Below the pieces are notes generated by a model that saw only the letters and a list, made by a program, of their open reading frames with translations, ran no database searches and was not told the DNA's origin. Below are positions 1 to 13,323 of a stretch of 64,000 nt of DNA, in pieces. The stretch comes from Hormiphora californensis (taxonomy: Eukaryota; Animalia; Ctenophora), in contig CM035352.1 of NCBI GenBank assembly GCA_020137815.1, positions 1,922,001 through 1,986,000 of the forward strand. The letters run 5' to 3'. The translations under genes were made by a program, and so were the position numbers. How positions within the stretch are numbered: the stretch's first letter is position 1; every line of letters begins with the position of its first letter.

Positions 1-3000
1 TATGGGACCATTGAATATTGGCGTTGAGGATCAGATTACGGAGGAAAATCCGGTACGTATTGCTGGGGGGGGGGGATACGGTTAGTGTTTTGGGGTAAGT
101 TTTATGGAAAATGTGAGTTACAGTTTTGGTTAATTAGGGGGAGGGTATAAATTGGACAACCAGAATACACGCAGTAGTCGTTTTATGTTATATTTCACAC
201 ATACATACACTCAGTTTGGAGAACTAGTGGTACGACAAAACACGGTATGAGTAACTGTCAATCGATTATTGGTTGTGTGTCGGTGCTGCTGTGTCATACA
301 TTGAAATGGGAGTTGTATGTAATAGTTCGTTTTGATTTTGGGCAACAAACACCCCGGTGTCCCAGGAGTTTATTTTGGCCGGGAATGGCCGTTTGCCTGT
401 GGCCGATTTGGCCGATTTTTTGATTTTTGATTTTTGACCAATTAGGTTCAATTATGGCCAATTAGGGTACTTTCTTGACCCCTGAGCACTTTAATAAGTA
501 GCTCACGTGATTCAGCGTGCAAAAATAGGTGGGTTTAGTGCCCAAGTTTGATTTGTTGATGAAATTTCAATTTTCGGTCTTTTTGACCGAAATATTCCTG
601 TTATTCCCCCCCTATTCCCCCTTTTTACAGGTAGATTTTGGCCGAAAAGCCGAAATATTCCTCCTCTGAGAGGAAGACTGAAAAAAGTGGGAAACAATTT
701 GATAATAAAATGAAAATGACGTAAACCGACATATTTCGATACGCTGAATCACGTGAGCTACTTATCAAAGTGCTCAGAGGTCAAGAAAGTGCCCTAATTG
801 GCCATAATTGAACATAATTGGTCAAAAATTGAAATTTCATGAAAAATATCAAACAATCAAGCTTGACCACAAACCCCACTAATTTTGGTACGCTGAATCA
901 CGTGAGCTACTTTTTAAAATCCTCTTATGCCAATTAAGGGAGCTAATTGGCATAATTGGATGTTAATTGGTGATTCTGAAGGATGTATCATAGCCATGTC
1001 ATTACCCACTATCCCCACTAATTTTGGTACGCTGAATCTCGTGAGCTACTTTTTGAAGTCCTCAGATGTGAAAAAAGGGCCGAAAATCGGCCATAAGACA
1101 ATTTGGCCGACGGGAATGGTATTCCCGTATTCCTCTATTTGGGACACCGGGACAAACACTACATGTTCTCATTGACATCCTACCCAACTAGACCTCTAAA
1201 TTTCTCTCTCTCTCTCTCAGATAGTAAGACGAGTATCAGAGTTCTTTCACGGTGGCATCCTGATTGGTGATCAGAGCAGGTGCTATCAGTTCCTTGGATG
1301 CTCGAACTCTCAACTCCGGTCTGCTGGTGCTTGGTTTGTCTACGAAGATGAACAAATAACGGGTGAGTTGTTACATTGCACGTCACGCACCCAGGGGCTC
1401 TTGGTTTGTCTACGAAGATGAACAAATAACGGGTGAGTTGTTACATTGCACGTCACGCACCCAGGGGCTCTTGGGCCCCGGAAAAATAAATAGGTGGGCA
1501 CAGTCACTAGGAGACGGTGAACTGAATGTGAACAGGGGGAATAGTTGTTACAATCCACTGTGCCCCAATCCTAAACAACTCACGGCCACGAAGCATCTGA
1601 GTTTTGGTATGTCTAAGGTAAGGAGATGTAAATTTCATGATCCCCCTTGATTGGGTTATGGTATGAAATGGTCGGTAAGGAGTGTGAACTGGTTGGTAAG
1701 GAGTGTGAACTGGTCGGTAAGGAGTGTGAACTGGTTGGTAAGGAGTGTGAACTGGTCGGTAAGGAGTGTGAACTGGTCGGTAGGAGTGTGAACTGGTCGG
1801 TAAGGAGTGTGAACTGGTCGGTAAGGAGAGTGAACTGGTTGGTAAGGAGTGTGAACTGGTCGGTAAGGAGTGTGAACTGGTCGGTAGGAGTGTGAACTGG
1901 TCGGTAAGGAGTGTGAACTGGTCGGTAAGGAGTGTGAACTGGTCGGTAAAGAGTGTGAACTGGTCGGTAAAGAGTGTGAACTGGTTGGTAAGGAGTGTGA
2001 ACTGGTCGGTAAGGAGTGTGAACTGGTTGGTAAGGAGTGTTAACTGGTCGGTAAAGAGTGTGAACTGGTCGGTAAGGAGTGTGAACTGGTTGGTAAGGAG
2101 TGTGAACTGGTTGGTAAGGAGTGTGAACTGGTCGGTAAGGGATGTGAACTAGCAACCATATTTGTATTCTCTTACTTACCACCATTAAATGGCCTATCCG
2201 TTCCGTAAATCTTAACCTCCGCAATATTCATATAAAGAGGTTTATCATCATCTACCATTTCGGAATCTTCCAACTTAACATAGGATGCTAACTGCGAAGT
2301 GTCACAAGGCAGAGTGTAGGTTTGAGAAGTTACGTCCCATCCATTCGTTAAATTGACCTCTGTTATCTTGCCACAGTCAGCAATCAGTGTCGTACCATCA
2401 GCATCATACAAATACAAATGGGTACCAAGTAAGCGCTTGATTATTACAGCATGACCATTAAGCCTGAAAATGATTGGAATTTTTAAGAATTCTCTGCGAC
2501 TTTGTTTATGATCGCTCCCAGTTCCTACCTGTTAATTATGGCAACTTGTGACACAAAAGCAGGTTCTTCTAATTGAAGTTTCAACCATTGTAGTGGTTCT
2601 GGTTCTATAACTGAATTTGTGTGGTAGAACGTATTGGGGTCACCGTCGATAACATCCTCAGGCGGGCGATGTTGGTTAGCATGAACAGTCTTTGCTGTTG
2701 CACTGGAAATTGGCAGGAGTTGACCATCCGGAGTTGAAGAAGCTGTGTCCAATGATTCTAGAAATAGCAGAAGTGCTACTAGCTTCGTTATCATTTCTAA
2801 AGCAAAGAGAGGGTGTGAAAGGGAACTGAGCCGAGGGTAAGGCCTCCCAGGCAGCATATGGATCAATGAGTTCCTAATTAGTTGGTAATCACGACCAATC
2901 ACAAATCTATGGCATGGCCCAGAGATAAAGTCATTCACGTGTGAATAAAACCCCCCAACGGTGGCAAAGCCTCTATGCTAAACCGCCAGCTCCAACGGGC

Positions 3001-3159
3001 TGGCAATATACCAACCGCTCAGAAGAAGCAGAAGAAGTCTTTCCCTCTAAGGTGTGCCGTGTGCTAAAGCTAATGGTCTTGTCTTTTAACTAAAGCAGAC
3101 AGAACTGATCTTTTTCCTCCCTCCCCCTCTCTCTCTCTTTATCTTTCTCTCTTTCTCTT

Positions 3160-3248
<89 letters not shown>

Positions 3249-6200
3249 CGCCCTTGCTTTTCCATCTACTCTGAAAGAAGAAGTCTTTACCCTTTACATC
3301 CAACAGGTGTGCCGTGTGCCAAAGCTAGTGGTCTTGTCTTCTAACTATAGCAGACAGAGCTGATCTTTTACCTTTCCTCTCTTTCATCTCCCCTCTCTCT
3401 TTCTTTCTCACGGTACATTCCATAGTTGACGCTATTCGGAAGTGGATAGGAGATTTCTCGAAGGAGAGGAGTAAGGCAAAGTTTCTGACTCGGCTTGGCC
3501 AGGCCTTCACTACCACGGAATCACTAATGATTGATAACGCTGCTGAGGGTCTCATTGATGATATTGAGACGCCAGATGGGAGATATGTGTTCAGTGATGG
3601 AATCGGAAAAATATCCCTGTCAGTTGCGAGAGAGGTAATAAGTTATTGCCATAGCAATGCAACTGGAATTGTAACTTGTTGTCATAGCATCTGGTATTAT
3701 TGTTGTCACAGCGACCGGGGTTGTATTAGTTACACATACCACTATCCCTAGATTAAAGAAAAACAAGAGACACTGGAACACCTTCCCTCTGCATTTCAAA
3801 TCCGGTATGGAGGGTGCAAGGGAATGGTAGCACTTGACCCCACACTGGGAGACACAAAGAAAATTATACAGGTGAGGTAATATAGTAATCCTAGAATCAG
3901 CTTGTTACCATGGTAATGTCGCTAACACCGGTACTGTTTCAGATTAGACCCAGCATGAACAAGTTTAAAAGTAACCATAAGGATATCGAGTACATCAAAT
4001 CCAGCAAACCTAGTCAACTATACATGAACCGACAGGTAATATCCTCAGCCAAATAAGGATATATTTACTGAACTGACTTGATATGATGTGATATAATTAA
4101 GATTGGGGAGATAGGGGGTGTTTACTGTGTATTACCTAAAAGAGCTATAAATCTCTCAACTATCACAACTATAATACCACCCAGGTTATTTGGCTGTTGA
4201 CCGGTTACGGAGTACCCCGGCAAGAGTTCATCAACCTCCAAAATGACACCCTGATCAGCTTGGCTCGGTCCCTGGTATCACCCGATCAGGCTTCCACCAA
4301 CCTCATGAACTACCAGGGAACAACATGTTCGAGGAGATACTCAATAGTAATATAGATCTGACTCAAGAACCCTTCCACAGATCTCAGTTGTTATCTTTGT
4401 ACAGATTCCACGTCAAGGAGGTGACTTTTAATTGCCTAATTAATTAGTAAGCTTAATCAGTTAGCCTACCTAGAAATTATAGTAATCATACCTTATATTA
4501 GGGCAAATTTAGGGCAAATATTATAATGTATGACTAAGTTGCTGATTATGATAAGACACCAAATGATTCCCCCCAGGTGCTGACACGGACTCGTATAGTG
4601 AATGGCAGCGGAGGGTGGGAGGCAAATGTTTGGGGTGATGGATGAAACAGGCACATTGGAGTACGGAGAGGTGTTTGTGCAGTATTCCGACAAGATAGCA
4701 TCACCCGGGGTAAGTTTTAGGGGTTAATATATGGAGAGACACGTGCGGGGCTCGCGAAAGGCAGTCTAGCTTGGCAACACATAGCATAAATCTGAGAGAG
4801 AGAGAGTGTGTGTTTGAGGGATCACGTGTCACACCTTCCCAGTTCAGCTGCAGCCATTAGCTAACACGATCTAAGCTTAAAGAAATTCCGCCTATTTTTC
4901 TAATGGCTGATCCCGGCATCATGATCTAGCACATGTAACAAACATAAAGATCTGACAGAATTTCATTCTGAGTCCACCAAGCAGAAATCTAACGCTGTCG
5001 ATTTTTGCTTCCCGCCCAGTTAACCACTTATGAGCACGGGCTGTTAGTCTGACATGTATCTATTAGTAGATAAAGGGAGCAAGATGGAGAGAGAGTGAGA
5101 TGAAGACAGAGTGAGATGGAGGCAGAGTGAGATGGAGAGAGAGAGAGTGAGATGGAGACAGAGTGAGATGGAGAGAGAGTGAGATGGAGTGAGAGCAAGA
5201 TGGAGACAGAGTGAGATGGAGACAGAGTGAGATGGAGACAGAGTGAGAGATGTGAAAAATAGGGACAAATCCTTGGATTTGCGGTACGATTGCCCCAGTA
5301 CTACTAGCATATTAGCTCACACTTCCCTGTGTAGGTGAACAAGAAGATACTGACTGGAAAGTTGTTCATAACAAAGAATCCCTGTGTTCACCCGGGAGAC
5401 TTGAGGAACTTTACCGCTGTTGACAATCCTGCACTTCACCACATGTGTGATGTAGTTGTCTTCCCTCAGAAGGGTGAACGGCCCCATCCCAACGAACTGT
5501 CAGGTTAGTGGTCTGTCAGCTGTCACCATGGTAACAATGTAAGCTGTCACCATAATAACTCTGTAAGCTGTTACCATGGTAACACAGCTAGCAATTATTA
5601 TGAATATGGCACTAACAATTCGTCTAATTGAGAATTACTCCTCCGATCCAATGACAGGTTCAGATCTTGATGGTGACGAGTACTTTGTATGCTGGTTGGA
5701 ACAACTCCGGCCCTCGGATGGACAACAAACCGGCAGGAATGTACGATAGTGCAGAAACGAAGAAGGAAGCCTCACCCGTCACACCCGTCCAGATTATAGA
5801 TCACGTGATCAAACACATGACAAAACCTAACAACCTGGGTAGGTCACTGTAAGATGCTGTTTTTATGCAGACTAGTAACTGAGTAGACAAACTGAAAAGC
5901 AGTGGTTTCAAACCAACCAACAAAAGGGAATCAACACATAACAAGCTCAGATAATTTCCTCTTTTCGCAGTTCTCACAGATTCTCGTACAATGTACATTA
6001 TGCATTTGCAAATTGTCGAAAGACTGAAAATTTATAAAAATTACTATCATTTTCTAAACAGAATGGCTTGTTGGTAAAAACTGAAAAACGGATTATTGTT
6101 AATTTAAATGTTTTTCCCAGTTCCTGATCAATCATTTTCATTCATTATTGATGGGTGAGGGACTTTCTCGGTCGAAAATCCTATTCCGTTCAGCTCGAAA

Positions 6201-9200
6201 ACTTCTTCTAAGTATGGGCAATAAGATGTCCTCTTTCTGCATCCTGATTTGCCTCCTCCGTTTTGTACACCAAAGATCTAACGTAAAGATAGAACCTCCT
6301 ATTTGTGATGGTATACAGGATAGGATTTGCCACAACTCCAAGACAGATCAGGGAGCTCTCTGCTAGCGCATATTCACTCGACTCGTTGATCCGGCTGACC
6401 AAGTTCCGGATAGTGCAGACGAGGTAGAGTGACCAACTTGCTAGGAACACTGAAGTCAGGGTGACTACCGTGATCAATGCTTTGTAGTTGAACCCAGATT
6501 GAGGTGTTAGACGTTTCTGGACAGCCACACCGAGCAGGAATGCATTGCAAATAGACGTCGTGATGAGGGGGACGAATACCACAAAAATAATGGTGCATAA
6601 TTCTGCCAGTCCTGATCCTTTTTGGAAACTAACCCGGCAATCTCGCTCAATTGGGTCAAAATCCAAGCGTTGGACTTTTACCATAATGGCGCAAATCCCA
6701 GTAGTAAGTAGCCAAAGGAAAATAAGAACACCCAATGCCAATCGAGGCGTGATGATGCTCCTAAAGGGTGCTAAAATCAGGACCATTCTGTGGATGGTGA
6801 TGGATGTTATCGTCCACAGGCTTATCATACCGAAAATATGTTTGCACCAATAGAACGCCCCACAAACCTCCATACCGAAAGGGTTTGAGTCCGTTATTGA
6901 GGAGATGCAGGGTGGTAGGATACCCACAATTGTGTAGAGCAAATCTGCCACCGCTAAATTCCGGACAAACATAACGGAAACTTCGTCCAAGTTGATTGCG
7001 TTGTATCGAACCGAGGAGTAGATTACAAGAGTATTCCCAGATATCCCAAAAAGGGTTGTTATTGTAAAAAATACAACGGAATACCATCGGAGATTCATTA
7101 TTCAATCCTATTCAATGAATAAGTTATTCGTCCTGAAATAAATTACCGCGTCTCACTTCGTCCTTATTAAATAAATAAACTGAAATCGAACGTGGCAACA
7201 CATGAACAAACTTTAAACTAGATCTGAGAGAAAGTTATAGCTACAAAAACTGATAAATCTTGGCATACGCTTATCTACAGCTCAACACGTCACCTTATAA
7301 TACATGTGGAGAATATATGCAAAAGCTACTATCAGCTATGTTGTTTATGGTTTACTTCCTGATACAGCTGCATGGCCGAAGTTGAATGTAATTCTCCGGG
7401 TTGCCTTTCCTTTATATTACATTTTCACATCTCATCGTACAAGTTAAAATTAAGGAACATGAATTGTTTGTAGGCTCGAAATCGTATCATGATGAGATAA
7501 AAGCAGGAAAATAATATTTTTCAGAGATCTACAGAAGTTAAATTTGCTCGAAAGGCACACGTCTTTTAGCGAGATTCATCCCTTACCTACTACACTGCCG
7601 TTTTTCAAAATTTGTTCCAACCCCCCTCCCCGGGTGGGTGTGTTCCTCTTACTCCTTGTACCCCCAGGAAAGATAAGTAATGCCCACCAAGTCCACTGTG
7701 ACAGAGACTCGGTGGATTGTGATAAAGCGGTCAGGCTGGCTGAACAGCACTCAATTGCAGTCGATTACCCCAAGACAGGTGCGTTTCTCTTTAACAATTA
7801 GTGATTACATAGGAGCACCGAAAGATATAAGTTTTAGTTGAAACAGGGGCCTGTAAACAGCTAACTAAATATCCCCCTCGAAACGCCAATTCTCCGCCAA
7901 TCTGTAAATGTTACTAACCTGAAAAATGTGCAGAAGCGTCCCCCGGTATTCTGAATAAAATTTACCACCACCACCCTCTCTCCTCATCTTCCAGGTGTCC
8001 CGGAGGACTTTGCCCGAGATCTCCGGGTCCAAGAGTACCCTGACTGGATGGAGAAACCTGACAAGCCCTGCTACATATCCAGCTCAGTGGTGGGAAACTG
8101 TTATCGTATTTGTAGATCTCTGGATCACGTATTGGGAGAGCAGGATGCCCTCTTCAGCCCTGATAAAGATATCAAACTGGACCTAAGGTAGAGATCAATG
8201 TTCGTTCTGTTGTTCTTCTAGAGGGAGGGGGGGTGGCAATGGGTGGGGTGAGGTCGTACGTGAACATTGGATGCGTGGATTGTGGATTATGGAAGATCAA
8301 GTATTACATTGCCCTTTCTCGCATCCTTTTTTAGTAACTTTTTGTCCCCCACATGATGGACTCCTCGAAACTCATTTCCCCAGGTTGGTGGTGGAGAGAA
8401 AATACTACGACGAGTACCTGCACGATGCGGTTGCCATCTGTACGGCATACAACAAGGAGTTGTGTTCCCTTATGCAGCAGTACGGGCTAACGAGCGAAGG
8501 GGATATTGCTTGTGGGTGCCTTAACACGGTAATATTGTGCTCACAACACCATACGATCCTGGTCCATGTATACAGTATACACTGTACAGTGTATATACAG
8601 ATCAGTCCCAATATTTTCATATGCGTCGCATGGTGGTGTGTGAAAAACTTCTGGGTGACAACTGGGGCTTGTCACTGACAAGTCCCAGTATCACGGTGTT
8701 GTCATTGATCACTGATCAGTAACTTTTTTAGTCATTGATTGATAATACTTCACAAAGCCCCTCTCCCTGATTGATCTTTATCTGATATGTTCCTAGGTGA
8801 AGCAACAGTTGGATAAGAGCAGGCAGAAAAACTATGATATCACTGAGGAGTGTGTTCGATTCTACTGGAACTTACAGGTAAAAACTAGTTATAATTTGCT
8901 AATCAGATATCCTTCTCCATCCTTTTCTCCTAGCCGATTATACTCCAGAAACCCAGTCCGATTGAGTGAATTGCTGACAGTGACTATTTTATCTACTACT
9001 GCTATAAACTAACTTTTAAAAAGGGGGATACCCACTAATAATAAAATTCCGTACCCCGGGGCAAGTAAGCAGACCTTACACCCCAAAATACCCCTGTGTA
9101 CATTATGAAGCGATGAGGGGTACCTGCTCACTTCACAAGGCATCTGTATAGGTGTTACGAGGGTTAGAGGGGAGTTAGTTAGTTGGTATCCTGATATCTT

Positions 9201-12200
9201 CGTTATAACTTGTAGGATGGAGGGATGGAGGTAGGATGATAGGGTGATGAAGTTCAAGGGGAGAAGTGGAGTGTCTTGTGTGTGGTGTTGTGAATACAGC
9301 TCAGTTTTATCTGTTATTTGTACCTAGAGCGAAGGATTTAAATTCACAGGAGCAATAAACACCACCTGTTGAACACTTATTATCATTCCATGCCGCTGTA
9401 TTTGTCAAATAAGCACACTGTTCATCTCCTCTGTTTGGTTCGCTCCCGACCCATTTATTCCAATCACCATCCAATAAAGGAGTACCATCGGGCCAAAAAT
9501 ATTTGTTGTCTTGCTGTGGAGCGTAAATACCTGTGAACAAGAATAAATGCATTATGTTTCATAATGCTTTGTTTCCCCGCCAACCTTTCATCCCTAACAT
9601 GAAGGCAGACAGACATTTTTGATGATTTATAGATCAGGCAAACAGTATAGAACAAATCCTTGTGTTTTCGTTGCACTAAATTGTGCACCACATTGCGGAA
9701 TTGCGTGCCACACATTTCCTGAAAACCTGTCAATAAAGTGGTTTATGGAGGAGCAGGTTGTTGTTGTGTGTGCGGCTCTAGTTGCTACATGTTGCCCCTC
9801 GCAACCTGAAACGGGACAAGAGAGCTGACTTGCTACACATAGTCACTATATCCGTTTAGATTTCTAAACCCCCTAGATGCCTTTTTGCAAAAGGCATCCG
9901 GGTGAAGGCCTTTGGCCTTCACCCGGGCGGGGAAAAAATAATGATAAAAGATCTTTAAATACTCTAATGGGGCAGACGGAAAGAGGGTCGAGCTAGGCAA
10001 AAAATATCGATACAAGTTACAAAAAGTAAATCTTTACCTAGCCAACTTCTTAATTTGTTGTGATATTTGATCTGCCATTGGAACCTATTGTTTTGCTCTT
10101 CATTGAGAATAGTTGGTAGTTCACCATTCAACCCAGAACAGTAAGATTTACATTGCGAGTGTTTTCTTTTTTTGTCTGGAAACAAAACCAGTAGGTTGGC
10201 TGTTTCTGAAATGTGTGAAATGTTTTATATTTCAAATATTCCATGTACAGTAGGACGTAGGTCCTACTCCCCCAACAGCGGGCAATGATATCTGACAATA
10301 TGCTCACACAGTTGTTATTTGAATAGGTAAGAAACGTATCAACTGACAACTAGTATGTCTGTGATTTTGGGTGTTTTCTTACTTGTAGTTGTGACTGATG
10401 ATTCGCCACAATCCGGAGTCTCGTATCCATCGTTACACGTGACGACCTGTGCTTTCCACCCTTTTTCGCCACAATTCAAGTAGAGAGTGTCTCCATCAGT
10501 GACCTTGCCAATCCCAGCAGTAGGCATGTAGGAAAGTGGAATGGTAGAGGTTGTCAAGGTACAATCGACTGAAACAAAAAGAAGAGTTTTGTAAAGAATG
10601 ATATATTATTTGATCCGAGGTATTTGCTACTTTTTTACAAATAATAAGACTGTCCTCTCCGAACCGGGCTCAATTTTCAACTTGATAGCTTACCGCTTTG
10701 CGAAAAAGCTAGACCGTGTGTAACCACCAAAACAAATGATAGAAGTTTCAACATTGTTCACAGCGAGAGAGATCAACCAACAAGAAAATATATTTTCTCA
10801 AATGGTGATGATATAGATCATAGCATGGGAAATTGTAATTGCCAGAGAGAGGTGTGGCAGACAACTTTGCCCTGTTTGGGCACGTGCTTTCCTAGCAACG
10901 ATGGCACATGTGCCCTCGATCCCCCAGATCAACCACTTAGTCGTTTTATTTGAGATGTACAGATCTATAGAGGGCGAAAGAGAGGGAATTATAGGGGAGG
11001 AAGGGATATATTTCAACCTTTATTTATTTATAGTACGAACGTTGAGCATTGCATGCACTGGACACGAGACAGCCAGATCAAGTGAATATTGTAAACACTC
11101 CATTTTGAGAAAAAGTACCAATAAAGCCGTGATAAACACCCCAATTTCAGAAAAAGTACCAACGGATGTTCTTCGAGGAGTTTGAAACGAAAAAAGGAGA
11201 GTGGAGGGCGAACTTTGAGAAGGAATGCTTTGCTAAGGGCTCAGCCTGGTACCTGGCAGCCTACAAATACGCACCTGTAATCAAAGTGATTGATAAAAAC
11301 ATTCGACTTCTCTCGTTTGCATGGTGTGTTGGGGAGGTATTGTGTGAGCTGGCCAGGAAGAACAAGAACGTGGGTGAGAGAAAGTCCTGTACGGAGCTGA
11401 CTGTGGAAAATATGGAGATGTGGCTGTCACAACAAACTGGCCAGCTGGTACGTTGTAACACGGTGTGAAGTCTCAAAGTGTGAATATATTCTGTTTTAGA
11501 ATCCTTGATCTAAAATGTTTAGTTACTGACTATTCTTCTGAATTAAAATGATGCAATAGTATCCTACCCACCTTTCAGGCTAGAGAGCCCCCGGAAGAGT
11601 TTGTAAATACCAAGGAACGTGTAGACAAATACAGTGATGAGTTTCAACTAACTAACATTGGTAAGATTTGAACCTAAAACAATGGTGTAAAACACATAGA
11701 TCATACAACAATGGTAATCTACAGCTGTATTATTTCGTTGTAATCTACAATTGGTTCATTACTGCCCTAATAGTTTGGTGTCCGTTACGTTTTCTTGCTA
11801 TAATAATGTCTGTGTCTCCTCCCTCTCTATCGTTGTCTATCTCTATCCATATCTCTCTCCTTTGATTCTTAACTAGTTACATCACTTTTCCAGCACCCCG
11901 TTGTTACGGTTTACCGTTCACTGCTCACGAAGTGTGCTACGTCAGTAGACTGGACACCAAAACGAACCCTCTCTCGGTCCTTCAACAACGAATCTTCCTG
12001 GAACACACAGGTAATAAATCGGTTGAAGACAAGAAGCATAGTGTTGTCCATTTAGTTGAAACCTTAACATTGCTTATTATTGCCTTGCTCGACCCTCCCT
12101 CCCTGCGCCCCGCGACGGAGAGGATTTTATAAAATAAAATAAAAAGGTTTGAACAAAACAAGCTTATTACCTGAACTCACATCTATTAAATCGTGGTGTC

Positions 12201-13292
12201 TTCAGAATGGGTAAACACACACATGACACACATAAATTCAGCTAATCACTAGTACTATTGTTTTCAGACTGGGACGAGATACACTTGGAGCTGAAGAAGA
12301 AGAGTCTGGCAGAGAACTTCATGATTGTACAATCAACACCCAATGTTATCTTCTTTGCTGGTGTAGAAATACTGGAAAAAGTACATTCCCCTTTTTACAT
12401 TTTCTTGGTTTTATCAAAATATATTACAAATTTTGCTTGTTAAGACTCGGTATGGACACAATGTTCCAACATAACAATTTACCTTCTATGCGACTCAAAA
12501 ACAGCCGATTGGTCAACTTATTGATTCAATTTACCCTCCCTCGACAGATGTACACTGTCCGCCGGTATTTGGAGGAATGCCCCACACTAAGACTCCCTGC
12601 CGCCATCCTGGTCAACTGGGTTCACTCTAACAAACTAGACGAGGAAGCGAACCATCTTGCTATCGACTTTGTCCTACTTTTCATTCTCTCTCGACTCATG
12701 GTTAGTTACAGTTTCACTGAATCAATAACCAATCGGACAGATCGGCTGTTTGGTTAGAGTTTCGTTTAGTCCTATCGTTCTTGTCTTATCTACAGTTGAT
12801 TCACTTTTCAAATTTTACAGGACAAGAAGGAGAATAAAGTTGAAATAGAGCCCTCGACTGACCTTGAGTTTTATATCACATACCTCTGTGAAAACAAGTT
12901 TCCATCATCTATAACTGTCAACAACGCAGCCGCATGTGACATCTATCTGGAGTTCCTTAATTCCATTATCTACGGTGGAGTTCTTGCCAACCAGTCACTA
13001 ATGACCTGGCTTCCGGGGAGAATGCGGATACTTTGTAGATCTTTGTGCGAGTATATTACATCTTACAGGTACTCGTTTAACATAATATTGTAACATTGTG
13101 ACATGAACTAGATTGGATAGTGTGCTCTTGATTCTGAAAACCATTCTTTTTCCTATTATGGGAATGTCGATAGGACTAATTCCTATCCTGTTTAGAATCA
13201 AGTTTGTGAGTTACGCTATGAGGGAATACCATGAAACATGCTATTTCCTGTTCAACCAATCACGAGGAACCAGTGAACGGAGACGTGGTGAG

Positions 13293-13323
<31 letters not shown>

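Noticed and set aside
1668-2150. Regular repeat array as CRISPR or repeat protein
   Set aside because: Head-to-tail 21-mers with no unique spacers; intronic minisatellite in a eukaryote.
4316-4602. Compensating -1/+1 frameshifts as a real reading-frame excursion
   Set aside because: The shifted frame hits a TAG within exon 4185-4420, and RdRP similarity stays in the original frame.
6208-7098. GPCR as an opsin
   Set aside because: The position equivalent to retinal-binding K296 (6 residues before NPxxY) is Cys.
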